Shown piece by piece: positions 1 through 9,350 of a DNA stretch of 64,000 nt. This DNA is from Dictyobacter arantiisoli (GTDB lineage: Bacteria > Chloroflexota > Ktedonobacteria > Ktedonobacterales > Ktedonobacteraceae). Each line of letters opens with the position of its first letter. The stretch's first letter is position 1. The stretch is from positions 51,137 to 115,136 of the forward strand of contig NZ_BIXY01000010.1 in assembly GCF_008326305.1 (NCBI RefSeq), in the 5' to 3' direction. A program made the translations under genes and the position numbers. The notes beneath the pieces are model-generated. The model did no database searches and had not been told where the DNA came from. It worked only from the letters and a program-made list of their open reading frames with translations.

Positions 1-45
1 AAATCCCGCACACCCAGATCACATGCCCCATACGAACCACTCGAT

Positions 46-1938
46 GTGGATGAAGAAGATCCATTCACCTATATGGAAGATAAGCAATTTTCTGCATCAA
101 TCGAGCAACACGGCAATGCGCTATTAGATGAGGATGATCACTATGAGCATGTAATCCAGGATGTCGCAGATGCACCAACCAGCATTATTGGTCAGCACAC
201 TATCTATGGGGATGATCAGGACGAACTGAACTCGCCAGCACCAGCACCCCGAACAGGACGTGGCAACAACAAAAACGCTTCCTATCCTGATCCTGATACA
301 GCCAGAGCACGCAAACGTGAGAACACACAAACAAAAAGCCAGCGTCCAGCGTCACGGCGTTCAGGACAGATCGGTCCCCGATCCGCATCGACCATTTCGC
401 CCATCTCGCGCCTACGTCAAGAGGATCTCGATGATGCGGATCTGTTGCCGGTAGAAGACCGCCCGACCCGTGTGCAGCAGCACAACGAAATTATTGAAGA
501 GCAGCCCTCACGCTCCAATCGCCGGGACCCAGAGGCAGTACCGCTGGCATGGAGCGGACAAAATAGACCAAATCCGCGCCATAGTCCCACCCAGCGCCCA
601 ACAGCGCAGGTTCAGACAGGTGCAGGAAGCCGTGGCACAGGCTCGTTACGACCATCAACTGCAACGCTACGGGGAGAGCGAGCATCCCAGGACTTGCGCC
701 AACGCAAACCTACGCCATTGCCAGTTAAACGCAATGCAGGCCAGAAGCGCAGTCGGCGTGGTATGTGGATCGCGTTAGTAATAATTGTGTGTTTGCTGAT
801 TGGACTGGTCTTTGGTATCTATGCCATTCCGCAGACAACAGTCAAACTGACCTTTTCCACACGCAACTATACGCATCCCGTCAGCCTGACCGCCAGCCCG
901 AACGCACAGGCAGGAACGGTTCCAGCGCAACTGGTGGAGCATACTTTTTCACAAACTGGCAATGGGAAAGCAACTGGTAGCCGCGAAGTCGGGACCGCGA
1001 AAGCCCTGGGAGAGGTCTGCTTTAGCAATGCCAGCAATATAGTCGTCACCGTGCCCACAGGCAGCATTGTCACTGCCGCAGGTGGGAATGGGACCCAATT
1101 TATCACCACAGCGGAAGTCTCGCTGGATAAACAGTCATCCTGCGCCAATAATCCGCCAGTTCCGGTTCAGGCCGTCAATCCCGGCGAGAGCGGCAACCTG
1201 CTCGCCCAGAGCGTTACCGTCGTTCCGCCCAGCACGCTGGATACTATTGCCAAATACAATAACACAACCGCAGCCCAACTCAAACTGACAGTCAGGAATA
1301 ATGCTCCGATGAGTGGGGGCGGCATGCAGCCTGTACCCGCAATCACAGCAAACGATCTGACAAATGTGAAAACGGCGCTGCAAGGCCAGCTAAAAAACGC
1401 CATCACAGCCTGGACCAAAAGTCTGCCCCAGGACGGCGTTTACGGAAATTTGAACACGACTGATACACTGATTAATACACCTGCGGTAAACTCCACTATC
1501 ACAACCGGCCAGACATTCCCGGCCGAGTTACAGGTCAAGGCGACCCTTATCTATGTCAAAAACAGTACCATCCAACAGGCAGCCAAAACACAGTTAAATA
1601 CGGCCCTCAAGCTGGATAAAGCCTTCGCCAATGATGTGATCTTGAATGATACACCGCAGCCGATTACCATCACAAAGCTCAAACAAACGAATACCGTAGC
1701 CAACATACTCAAACTGGATTTCACAGCCACCGCTCACACGGCTGGCACCTTTGATCCTGATAAAATCAAAAGTGAGATTATCGGTCACTCGCCTGCGGAC
1801 GCCCAGCATATCCTGGAAACACAGATCGTCGGCCTCAAACAGGTCAACATTCATCCTGATTTCTTTCCCTGGGTAAGCTGGAACAAGGATAACATTACAA
1901 TCACTGTGGTTTCAGATACAGCCATAGCAACCAGATAA
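46..1938 (+). CDS. Hypothetical single-pass membrane protein. The N-terminal ~230 aa are Pro/Arg/Gln-rich and disordered, followed by a TM helix and a Thr/Asn-rich extracytoplasmic domain
   Basis: 630-aa ORF, no recognisable catalytic motif. Hydrophobic segment WIALVIIVCLLIGLVFGIYAI, then a T/N/A-rich region. Start is close to the window edge, so the true N-terminus is uncertain. Confidence 0.5.
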   Translation: MDEEDPFTYMEDKQFSASIEQHGNALLDEDDHYEHVIQDVADAPTSIIGQHTIYGDDQDELNSPAPAPRTGRGNNKNASYPDPDTARARKRENTQTKSQRPASRRSGQIGPRSASTISPISRLRQEDLDDADLLPVEDRPTRVQQHNEIIEEQPSRSNRRDPEAVPLAWSGQNRPNPRHSPTQRPTAQVQTGAGSRGTGSLRPSTATLRGERASQDLRQRKPTPLPVKRNAGQKRSRRGMWIALVIIVCLLIGLVFGIYAIPQTTVKLTFSTRNYTHPVSLTASPNAQAGTVPAQLVEHTFSQTGNGKATGSREVGTAKALGEVCFSNASNIVVTVPTGSIVTAAGGNGTQFITTAEVSLDKQSSCANNPPVPVQAVNPGESGNLLAQSVTVVPPSTLDTIAKYNNTTAAQLKLTVRNNAPMSGGGMQPVPAITANDLTNVKTALQGQLKNAITAWTKSLPQDGVYGNLNTTDTLINTPAVNSTITTGQTFPAELQVKATLIYVKNSTIQQAAKTQLNTALKLDKAFANDVILNDTPQPITITKLKQTNTVANILKLDFTATAHTAGTFDPDKIKSEIIGHSPADAQHILETQIVGLKQVNIHPDFFPWVSWNKDNITITVVSDTAIATR

Positions 1939-2245
1939 TGCTACCTTAGCAGTACTAACTGGACAGAATAAACAGTGCTTCGCTACAATGCACTATGTTG
2001 GTGCAATATATATACCAACAGAGTGTATGCAAAAAGCATGCACAATATCATTAGAAAGAAATAGTATCTATCGATGAGAGGCCTATAACAGGGAATAGGG
2101 AATGTGGAGGGCCGCAATCCCTCTGCGGGGTGTGGGGCCATCCCATACTTTTTCTCTTCTCTTTCCTGCCAAAGGCGACAAAAGAGAAGGCCTCTCTGTT
2201 GCCCATCAAAGATAAAACACTACAGGTCAGGAAATAGGAATTTAT

Positions 2246-2716
2246 ATGGCTCGCTTGATAGCATTGGATGTAGGGGATGCACGCATTGGAGTAGCATCCT
2301 GCGATTCAACAGGTTTTTTGGCCTCACCGCATAGCACCATCCACGTCACACGCAACGAACAACAAACCTGGGAGTCGATCCAAGCCGTCATCGAAGACAT
2401 TGAGGCTGAAGGGATGATCGTGGGGTTGCCAATCAGTCTGGATGGGCAGATTCATGGGCAAGGGCAAAAGGTTCAAGCCTTTGTGGAACGCTTAAAAGCC
2501 CATATCTCTATTCCCGTCACCTTCTGGGATGAGCGCCTCTCAACAGTTGAAGCCCAACGCCTTCTTTCACAACGCACCCAGGGTAAAGGGGAGAAACATG
2601 CCCAACGCGGTGGTCGGCAACGCGCCCAGGGGAAAAAACGTCGCAGTAGTCAGGAAATTGATGCGCTGGCCGCAGCAGTGATTCTGCAAGACTACCTGGA
2701 TCATCTGGGAAATTAA
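2246..2716 (+). CDS. ruvX: YqgF/RuvC-like Holliday-junction-resolvase-family nuclease (pre-16S rRNA nuclease)
   Basis: N-terminus MARLIALDVGDARIGVASCD is the classic YqgF signature. Good RBS AGGAAATAGGAA upstream. Followed by mltG, the conserved yqgF-mltG pairing. Confidence 0.85.
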   Translation: MARLIALDVGDARIGVASCDSTGFLASPHSTIHVTRNEQQTWESIQAVIEDIEAEGMIVGLPISLDGQIHGQGQKVQAFVERLKAHISIPVTFWDERLSTVEAQRLLSQRTQGKGEKHAQRGGRQRAQGKKRRSSQEIDALAAAVILQDYLDHLGN

Positions 2717-2736
2717 CACATAAGGGATAATGACGC

Positions 2737-3837
2737 ATGAGACGACGACCTAATTCACGAGCAGCTATTCTCTCAGTCCTGGTTGTAGGATTGATTGTTT
2801 TTATTGGAGTCATTCAGGTCTGGAATATTGCTTCGGATATTTTTCAACCCGCCAGTTCGAACGCCAAAAATGTCTCTATCAATATCCGGCCTGGAGAGAC
2901 CACGACCGAAATCGCCAATGATCTGCAACAAAAAGGGATCATTCGCAACGCTCTCGCCTTTACAATCTGGACACGCATTAAGGGCACTAACCTGGAAGCG
3001 GGCGTCTATAAAAAGATCAATGCCAGCATGACCATCAGCAATATTATCGATACCCTGCAAAATGGACAGCCTGATGAGCTATTGGTAACGATACCCGAAG
3101 GTAAGCGGCTGGAAGAAATTGCCAGGATTGCGGCTGCTTCAAATCTGCCAAATTTCAAAAAGGCAGACTTTTTGAACTATACCCGCAATATCAAAAACTT
3201 TCCCGATGCCAGTAAGTATCCTTTGCTTCTCAGCAGCGTGCCCGCTGGCAAAAGCATGGAAGGACTGCTCTTCCCCGATACCTATGAATTGTTACCCACA
3301 ACGACTGCACGCGGCCTCATCAACGTCATGCTGACAGAGATGACAACCAGTATTACTACCAATCATCTTGCCCAGCAAGCTAAACAGCACAATATGGATC
3401 TGTATAGTTTCTTGACGCTGGCCTCAATCGTGGAGCGTGAAGCAGGCAAGCACGACGATAAAACAAAAATTGCCAGTGTCTATTGGAATCGACTCTATAC
3501 TGATGTAGGACAAGCAGCAACCAGAAATCTTCTTCAGGCTGATCCAACTGTGCAATATGCCCGTGACACAGAAAGTCCTCCCACTGGCGCATACTGGCAA
3601 CCGTTAGCGAATTCCGGTGGCAATATTGCAAAGGATAGTCCCTGGAATACCTATGTTGCAACAGGACTGCCCCCGACCCCCATCTGTAGCCCTGGCCTTA
3701 AGAGCTTAATGGGTGCCGCAGATCCTGCGCCAACTCATGATCTCTATTTCTTTGCCGCCAATGATGATGGGAAAACCTATTACTTCTCGGACCTGAATGC
3801 TTTCAACGCAGCTTTGCATCAACATGGCAACAACTAA
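2737..3837 (+). CDS. mltG: Endolytic murein transglycosylase MltG (YceG family)
   Basis: N-terminal TM anchor, then a YceG-like domain of ~366 aa. Conserved neighbourhood downstream of yqgF. Confidence 0.75.
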   Translation: MRRRPNSRAAILSVLVVGLIVFIGVIQVWNIASDIFQPASSNAKNVSINIRPGETTTEIANDLQQKGIIRNALAFTIWTRIKGTNLEAGVYKKINASMTISNIIDTLQNGQPDELLVTIPEGKRLEEIARIAAASNLPNFKKADFLNYTRNIKNFPDASKYPLLLSSVPAGKSMEGLLFPDTYELLPTTTARGLINVMLTEMTTSITTNHLAQQAKQHNMDLYSFLTLASIVEREAGKHDDKTKIASVYWNRLYTDVGQAATRNLLQADPTVQYARDTESPPTGAYWQPLANSGGNIAKDSPWNTYVATGLPPTPICSPGLKSLMGAADPAPTHDLYFFAANDDGKTYYFSDLNAFNAALHQHGNN

Positions 3838-3873
3838 GAGCACTCGATCAAATATTAAAGAGAGAAACATAGA

Positions 3874-4776
3874 ATGGACTTAATGAAAATCATCCAGACG
3901 CTGGTGCTGGCACTCCTGCAAGGGGTGACCGAGCTCTTTCCCATTAGTAGTCTGGGTCACACGGTGATTCTACCTGACTTAATCGGTTGGGGTGATTTGA
4001 CGGGGGGTACGGCCTGCGGCGGAAAAAGTTGTTTCTTGCCGGTGGTCGTGGCCCTGCATCTGGGCACCAGCATCGCGCTGATCATCTATTTCTGGCGCGA
4101 CTGGCTTCAGGTCATCAGGACTTTACTCACGACTGCACGCACACGCAAGGTTAGCAAAGGGACCAATGAGTGGGTCAGTTGGATGATCATTATCGGTACC
4201 CTGCCCGCTGGCATCTTGGGAGTACTGCTCAAAAGCAAGCTTGAGGCGTTATTTTCCTCACCCCTGCTTGTTTCTGCCTTCCTGATCATGAATGGCTCGC
4301 TTCTCTTCATTGGCGAGGCCCTGCGCCGGCGTGCTGAAGCCAACTTGCTTACGTTTTCAGCCAAAGAGCGCGAATCAAAATTCCGTTCACTCTCCTCACT
4401 CTCAATTAAAGAGGCTTTACTGATCGGTCTGGCCCAATCAGTAGCCTTGATTCCTGGCTTCTCACGCTCCGGCTCAACGATTGTGGCTGGCCTGGCTGTC
4501 CGTCTGACACATGAGGATGCTGCTCGCTACTCATTCTTGTTAGGCACACCGATCATTTTGGCTGCCGCCGTACTCGAAGTGCCCGCTCTCTTTCATCAGA
4601 CCGCATTTCCATTCTGGCTGATCATCCTGGGTATGGTCGTTTCGGGCATTGCAGCCTATGTGAGTACCGCTTTCCTGACCAAATATTTTGAGAAGGGACG
4701 CCTCGATCCATTCGCATACTACTGCTGGATCGCCGGTATTATTTCCATCGTTCTCTTCCTGACAGTACGTGCTTAA
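3874..4776 (+). CDS. uppP: Undecaprenyl-diphosphate phosphatase (BacA/UppP)
   Basis: Motif LQGVTELFPISSLGH and GFSRSGSTI. Multi-TM protein of ~300 aa. Confidence 0.85.
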   Translation: MDLMKIIQTLVLALLQGVTELFPISSLGHTVILPDLIGWGDLTGGTACGGKSCFLPVVVALHLGTSIALIIYFWRDWLQVIRTLLTTARTRKVSKGTNEWVSWMIIIGTLPAGILGVLLKSKLEALFSSPLLVSAFLIMNGSLLFIGEALRRRAEANLLTFSAKERESKFRSLSSLSIKEALLIGLAQSVALIPGFSRSGSTIVAGLAVRLTHEDAARYSFLLGTPIILAAAVLEVPALFHQTAFPFWLIILGMVVSGIAAYVSTAFLTKYFEKGRLDPFAYYCWIAGIISIVLFLTVRA

Positions 4777-4796
4777 TTACTAGCTTCCGATCCTCC

Positions 4797-4852
4797 AAAA
4801 GACCAGGAAGGCCATCAATGCATGATCACATTGATGGCCTTCCTGGTCTTTT
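4797..4852. terminator. Bidirectional intrinsic terminator: 24-bp perfect inverted repeat flanked by A/T runs, between the convergent uppP and fmt
   Basis: aaaagaccaggaaggccatcaatg / catgatca / cattgatggccttcctggtctttt. Confidence 0.7.
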
Positions 4853-4901
4853 CACCTATTTGAATACTCTAGCTATGAAAATTTCTGCTAGGGTTGAAAC
4901 C

Positions 4902-5876
4902 CTATTCCAGAACATCGCCGACAATCTGGCCGTGCCCGCGCAGAAACTCTTCGGCATTGAGCGCCTTTTTGCCTTCGAGTTGGAGCTGCTTGATGAGCAA
5001 AACCCCTGAGCCGGTGGCGACGGATAGATAGCGATGCCCACCATCTTCACGTGCCCCGGTTGAGCCGGGTCGAATCGAGGCATCCAACTCGACGCTCAGG
5101 GGACGCGCCGCGATGATCTTGAGCAATTTGCCGCGCCAGTGGGTATAGGTTCCAGGCCAGGGCTGGTAGGCACGCACTTTACGGGCCAGCACCGCCGCCG
5201 GGCGCGACCAATCAATGATGCCATCCTCTTTATGGAGCATATGAGTGTGAGTAGCGCTGCCATCTTCCTGAGGCTCCGGGGTAATCTTGCCGGCAATCCA
5301 CTGTGGTATGGTTTCGACCAGGGCCTGCGCGCCTAGCTCAGCCAGTTTGACGGTCAGGGTACCAGTCGTGTCATCAGGAGTGATGGGAATGCTCTTGCGC
5401 GCCAGCACAGGGCCAGTATCAATCCCTGCATCCAGTAGCATAATCGAGACGCCCGTCTCGCGGTTCCCCTGCACAATGGACTCGGTGATAGGATCTGGCC
5501 CACGATATTTGGGTAGCAGTGAAGCATGAATATTCAAGGTACCATAGCGCGGCTGATCCAGGACTTTTTGTGGCAAGATTTGTCCAAAGGCGGCCACAAT
5601 ATACAGATCGGCTTGATAGGCGGCCAGGGCATCGCTATTCTCAGCCTTCTTGAGTGAGCCCGGCTGCCAGACTGGTATACCATGCTCAAGTGCTACTTGC
5701 TTTACAGGCGCAAAGGCCACACCGCGGCCACGGCCAGAGGGCTTATCCGGGCGCGTAATCACAGTTACAATTTCATATCCCGCAGGCACGATAGCCCCTG
5801 GTGCAGCCCCATCAATTAAGGCCTTTAAAGCCGGCACCGCAAACTGCGGCGTTCCCATATAAATAATCCGTAACAT
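4902..5876 (-). CDS. fmt: Methionyl-tRNA formyltransferase
   Basis: MLRIIYMGTPQFAVPALKAL N-terminus. Formyltransferase core of ~324 aa. Confidence 0.85.
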   Translation of the reverse strand: MLRIIYMGTPQFAVPALKALIDGAAPGAIVPAGYEIVTVITRPDKPSGRGRGVAFAPVKQVALEHGIPVWQPGSLKKAENSDALAAYQADLYIVAAFGQILPQKVLDQPRYGTLNIHASLLPKYRGPDPITESIVQGNRETGVSIMLLDAGIDTGPVLARKSIPITPDDTTGTLTVKLAELGAQALVETIPQWIAGKITPEPQEDGSATHTHMLHKEDGIIDWSRPAAVLARKVRAYQPWPGTYTHWRGKLLKIIAARPLSVELDASIRPGSTGAREDGGHRYLSVATGSGVLLIKQLQLEGKKALNAEEFLRGHGQIVGDVLE

Positions 5877-6015
5877 ACGCTATCCCCTCAACTTCAATAG
5901 ACATCTCTACAAAAAGGCTCAACTTACACTAGCACTTTCTGGCTATTTTATCACCTCAAGCCATAATTCGGTTATGCTATAGTTGCATTTATCTGTTTAT
6001 CAGAAGGAGTTTCTT

Positions 6016-8280
6016 ATGCAGCGGGGGGATCAACCAGGCAATCACTCTGCCGAGCCAATCGCGAGCTCACAAGCAACACCATTACCCTTGGCACAGGGCA
6101 ATACAAGTGGCGTCAACAACTACAACAATAATTACAATACCCATAGTGCTTATAATACATACAACACGGTTCTTTCGCCAACGCCCATAGCAGTTGAGCC
6201 AGCGCGGGATCAATCAGCTCGGGTTGCTTTTGGTATTAACGCGACAACGCCACCGCTGGCGAACCCCCAGACGACAATGCAGCGTGCTGATGAGATTAAT
6301 ACAATTCAAAGGATGTTTGGAGATGTCCATACGAGCGCGGTCTTCTTGATTGGCACGCCGGGCACCGGCAAGTCAACGCTCGCCGCGTTACTCTATCAAC
6401 GTTTACAGCTAGCAAAACGTACCGGTATGTCCGCGCCAAAGTATATGGTCTGGCTGACCATCGGAACCTATACAACCCTACCAGATATTATCGCGGCCAT
6501 TCTCGAAGGGCTGGGCGTACCAGATAATGGACTCTTCCTTTTGCGACCTGAACAACAGATATCCGCGCTACTACGTGCATTGCGCCGACCAGCCGATAAT
6601 GCATTGATCGTATTGGATCAGTTTGAATTGTTACTCCATCCTGAAACCAACCAGGGTGTAGCTGGCCGTGGCGTGCTCCCTTTGTTCCTGGAAATGCTAC
6701 AGACCGATCTGGGAACCAGCCGTATATTGCTCACCAGCTATAATTCTCCTTATAATGAGGAGAAAATCACCGATCCCCATGTCCGTTCTTATCTGGTAAC
6801 ACGTATCAGTGTGCCAGAAGGAACCGCCTTGCTGCAACAGCGAGGTATCCAGGGGCGGCCCGAAGAAATCACCTATATCTGGCAACGCTGCGCTGGACAT
6901 GCCTATGCACTGGTACTGTGTAGCGCCTTGATCCATCTCAGCAAATTTTCACTCGACCATCTCCTCAACTCACCCGATTACCGTCCACTCTGGTCAGGAG
7001 ATGTCACAGCTAACCTGATTATCGCCATTCACTACTTTCTGAATCCTACCCAGAATGCCATCGTGCATGCCCTGAGCCTCTTCTATGAGCCAGTGCCCAA
7101 AGAAGGCATATTTATGACTATCACAGGCGAGGAGCTACAAAATCAAAGGAAAAGTGGGCATGCTGAAGTGGTTGCGGCTTTTGAACAGGAGATGCAGCTG
7201 CTGACTCAATATGGATTAATACAGGCAGTCATGAATGCTTCTAACCATCCTTGCTATACTCTGCATCCGATTTTACGCCAGTATACCCTTGAGCATTTTA
7301 TGGAAGATATGAGTCAACGTGGTCAAACAGGTCACGTTCCTCCCTGGCCGGGCAAAAACGGGAACAAATCAACGTCTGATGATGACAAGCAGCTAAAAAA
7401 TGCACTGGTGGCTGGTCATGTACAGGTCGCCACCTACTATGAACATGTCATTCAGGAGGTTTGCCCGCCGCGTGAGCAACGGCAGGGACTCCAGGACATC
7501 GCGCCTATCATTACGACTTTACGTCATCTCTGCCTCGGCCAGCGCTGGCAACGCGCCTGCAATCTCTTATTCAATGAGGGGCTGCATGAATATATGGTGC
7601 AATGGGGGGCCTGGAGTACGTTGATTGGACTCTATACCGCCATGCTTCCTCCCTTTGGCGTCTTACGTCCCCAGGATGAAGGGCTGGTCGCTAGCCATGT
7701 CGGTATGCTCTATGGGCGTATCGGCGAACAGCAACAAAGTAAGGTCTACTTTGATCAGGCTGTGGCACTCCAACGCAGTATTGGCGATCAACATGGCGAG
7801 GCGATTACGCTTACGAACCAGGGCGAACTCCTCCGTCTGCATCGGGATTATAAGCAAGCACGCCAGAATTTTGAACATGCCTTATCCTTGATCACGTCAT
7901 TACCGGACAATCAGACGAAAAGCGTCATTTACCACAATCTTGGATTACTATCGCAGCAGGAACACGACTATACGCAAGCCTATACCTATTATGTGGATGC
8001 GCTCAAGCTCGCCATGCAGCTACAGCAAGCGCAAAATACAGGTATGATCTTAACTAATCTGGGCATGCTCCTCTACGAACAGCGTCATCATCAAGAAGCC
8101 CTGGCCGTCCTGTTTTCAGCTCTGCAAATCCGGCAGACGGCGCAAGATCCCACGACCTCGCTGCTTGAACGCTTCCTCGTCGCCATCGAACAAAAAATGG
8201 GCACAGAACAATACACAAAATTATGCGTCGAAGCCCTGGAGATCCAACCCCAGGTCCTGGCACGCTTTACCAACCCATAA
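6016..8280 (+). CDS. STAND-class NTPase: N-terminal Asn/Tyr-rich low-complexity region, NB-ARC ATPase, C-terminal TPR array
   Basis: Walker A GTPGTGKST, Walker B ALIVLDQFE, GxP-like CAGHAYAL, C-terminal TPR-like repeats. The ORF track starts at TTG 5983, but ATG 6016 has a strong RBS (AAGGAG-6nt-ATG). Confidence 0.75.
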   Translation: MQRGDQPGNHSAEPIASSQATPLPLAQGNTSGVNNYNNNYNTHSAYNTYNTVLSPTPIAVEPARDQSARVAFGINATTPPLANPQTTMQRADEINTIQRMFGDVHTSAVFLIGTPGTGKSTLAALLYQRLQLAKRTGMSAPKYMVWLTIGTYTTLPDIIAAILEGLGVPDNGLFLLRPEQQISALLRALRRPADNALIVLDQFELLLHPETNQGVAGRGVLPLFLEMLQTDLGTSRILLTSYNSPYNEEKITDPHVRSYLVTRISVPEGTALLQQRGIQGRPEEITYIWQRCAGHAYALVLCSALIHLSKFSLDHLLNSPDYRPLWSGDVTANLIIAIHYFLNPTQNAIVHALSLFYEPVPKEGIFMTITGEELQNQRKSGHAEVVAAFEQEMQLLTQYGLIQAVMNASNHPCYTLHPILRQYTLEHFMEDMSQRGQTGHVPPWPGKNGNKSTSDDDKQLKNALVAGHVQVATYYEHVIQEVCPPREQRQGLQDIAPIITTLRHLCLGQRWQRACNLLFNEGLHEYMVQWGAWSTLIGLYTAMLPPFGVLRPQDEGLVASHVGMLYGRIGEQQQSKVYFDQAVALQRSIGDQHGEAITLTNQGELLRLHRDYKQARQNFEHALSLITSLPDNQTKSVIYHNLGLLSQQEHDYTQAYTYYVDALKLAMQLQQAQNTGMILTNLGMLLYEQRHHQEALAVLFSALQIRQTAQDPTTSLLERFLVAIEQKMGTEQYTKLCVEALEIQPQVLARFTNP

Positions 8281-8378
8281 AACAATCGATTATGTAGGCA
8301 TCGACCTGTGCTACGCTTCATGCCGTTCCTACATCTTCCAACATTTATATCACCCTGGTATTTTTCTCATTTTGATGA

Positions 8379-8421
8379 ATGCCGAATAATGTTGTGCGGC
8401 CCCGACGTTTTCGGCATTTTT
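8379..8421 (+). terminator. Putative intrinsic terminator (9-bp stem gaatgccgaa/ttcggcatt, large loop, then T-run) downstream of the STAND gene
   Basis: Hairpin followed by ttttt. The loop is long, so confidence is moderate. Confidence 0.4.
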
Positions 8422-8488
8422 GGTAGGAGGACAAACATGGTACACTTATGAGTAATGTTTTATTTACAATGAAAGAGAGTTTCACTGT

Positions 8489-9208
8489 ATGTCCACCACT
8501 ACAGGTTCTCGGGAGACACAGGCCACTGTGGAGTCGGGGGCGACGATCAGCCGTACGGGATTACAGGGCTGGTTGTTGATGCTCCTGGTTTTTATCGCTG
8601 GCGCTGCTTCGCTCTCGATTGAGATGGCAGCCTCACGCCTGCTCGCGCCATACTTCGGCGATTCTTTGTTTGTCTGGGCCAGTATCATTGGCTTGATCTT
8701 ACTGTATCTCACGGTCGGCTATTATGTGGGTGGATTGCTCTCTGATCGCTATCCCAGACCAGCTCTACTCTATTGGATTACCGCCGCTGCCGCACTTCTG
8801 ATCGCACTGGTTCCCGTCATCGCTGGCCCGCTATTGAGCTGGGCCCAACTTGCCTTTGCTGGTTACGACAATGGAGTATTTTATGGTTCCTTGTTGACCG
8901 TCATTCTCCTCTTTGCGCTTCCCACGATCCTCCTGGGTTGTGTGTCGCCATTCTCGATTCGGATACGTATGCAACAGGTCGGTAGCGCGGGACGCGTCTC
9001 CGGGATGCTCTACGCCATTTCAACTGCCGGCAGTATTATTGGTACCTTTCTGCCCACACTAGTGCTTCTGCCCGATCTGGGTACCCGACAGACCTATCTG
9101 GTGACGGCACTTGCCCTGCTACTGATTGCGATTGCTGGCCTGCTCTTTGGAGGCCGGATAAATACACAATTGGTAATAATGCAAGATTCCAGCGAGCTTC
9201 CCGTCTGA
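8489..9208 (+). CDS. Polytopic membrane protein resembling only the N-terminal membrane domain of fused MFS/spermidine-synthase proteins; catalytic domain absent
   Basis: At least 6 hydrophobic helices. The ORF stops at 9208 and no continuation exists in any frame before the next gene. Confidence 0.45.
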   Translation: MSTTTGSRETQATVESGATISRTGLQGWLLMLLVFIAGAASLSIEMAASRLLAPYFGDSLFVWASIIGLILLYLTVGYYVGGLLSDRYPRPALLYWITAAAALLIALVPVIAGPLLSWAQLAFAGYDNGVFYGSLLTVILLFALPTILLGCVSPFSIRIRMQQVGSAGRVSGMLYAISTAGSIIGTFLPTLVLLPDLGTRQTYLVTALALLLIAIAGLLFGGRINTQLVIMQDSSELPV

Positions 9209-9350
9209 ATGGCTAGCGGCCAGATTAAACGGTAGAATATTCGACACAGGCAGCAGGACATTTAAAGCATATGGTCTTCGCGTTGTGATATACTACCTTT
9301 GTTTCCATCTGCGGCCTTCGCTCCTGTCGAAGAAAGGAATTTTTCAATAG

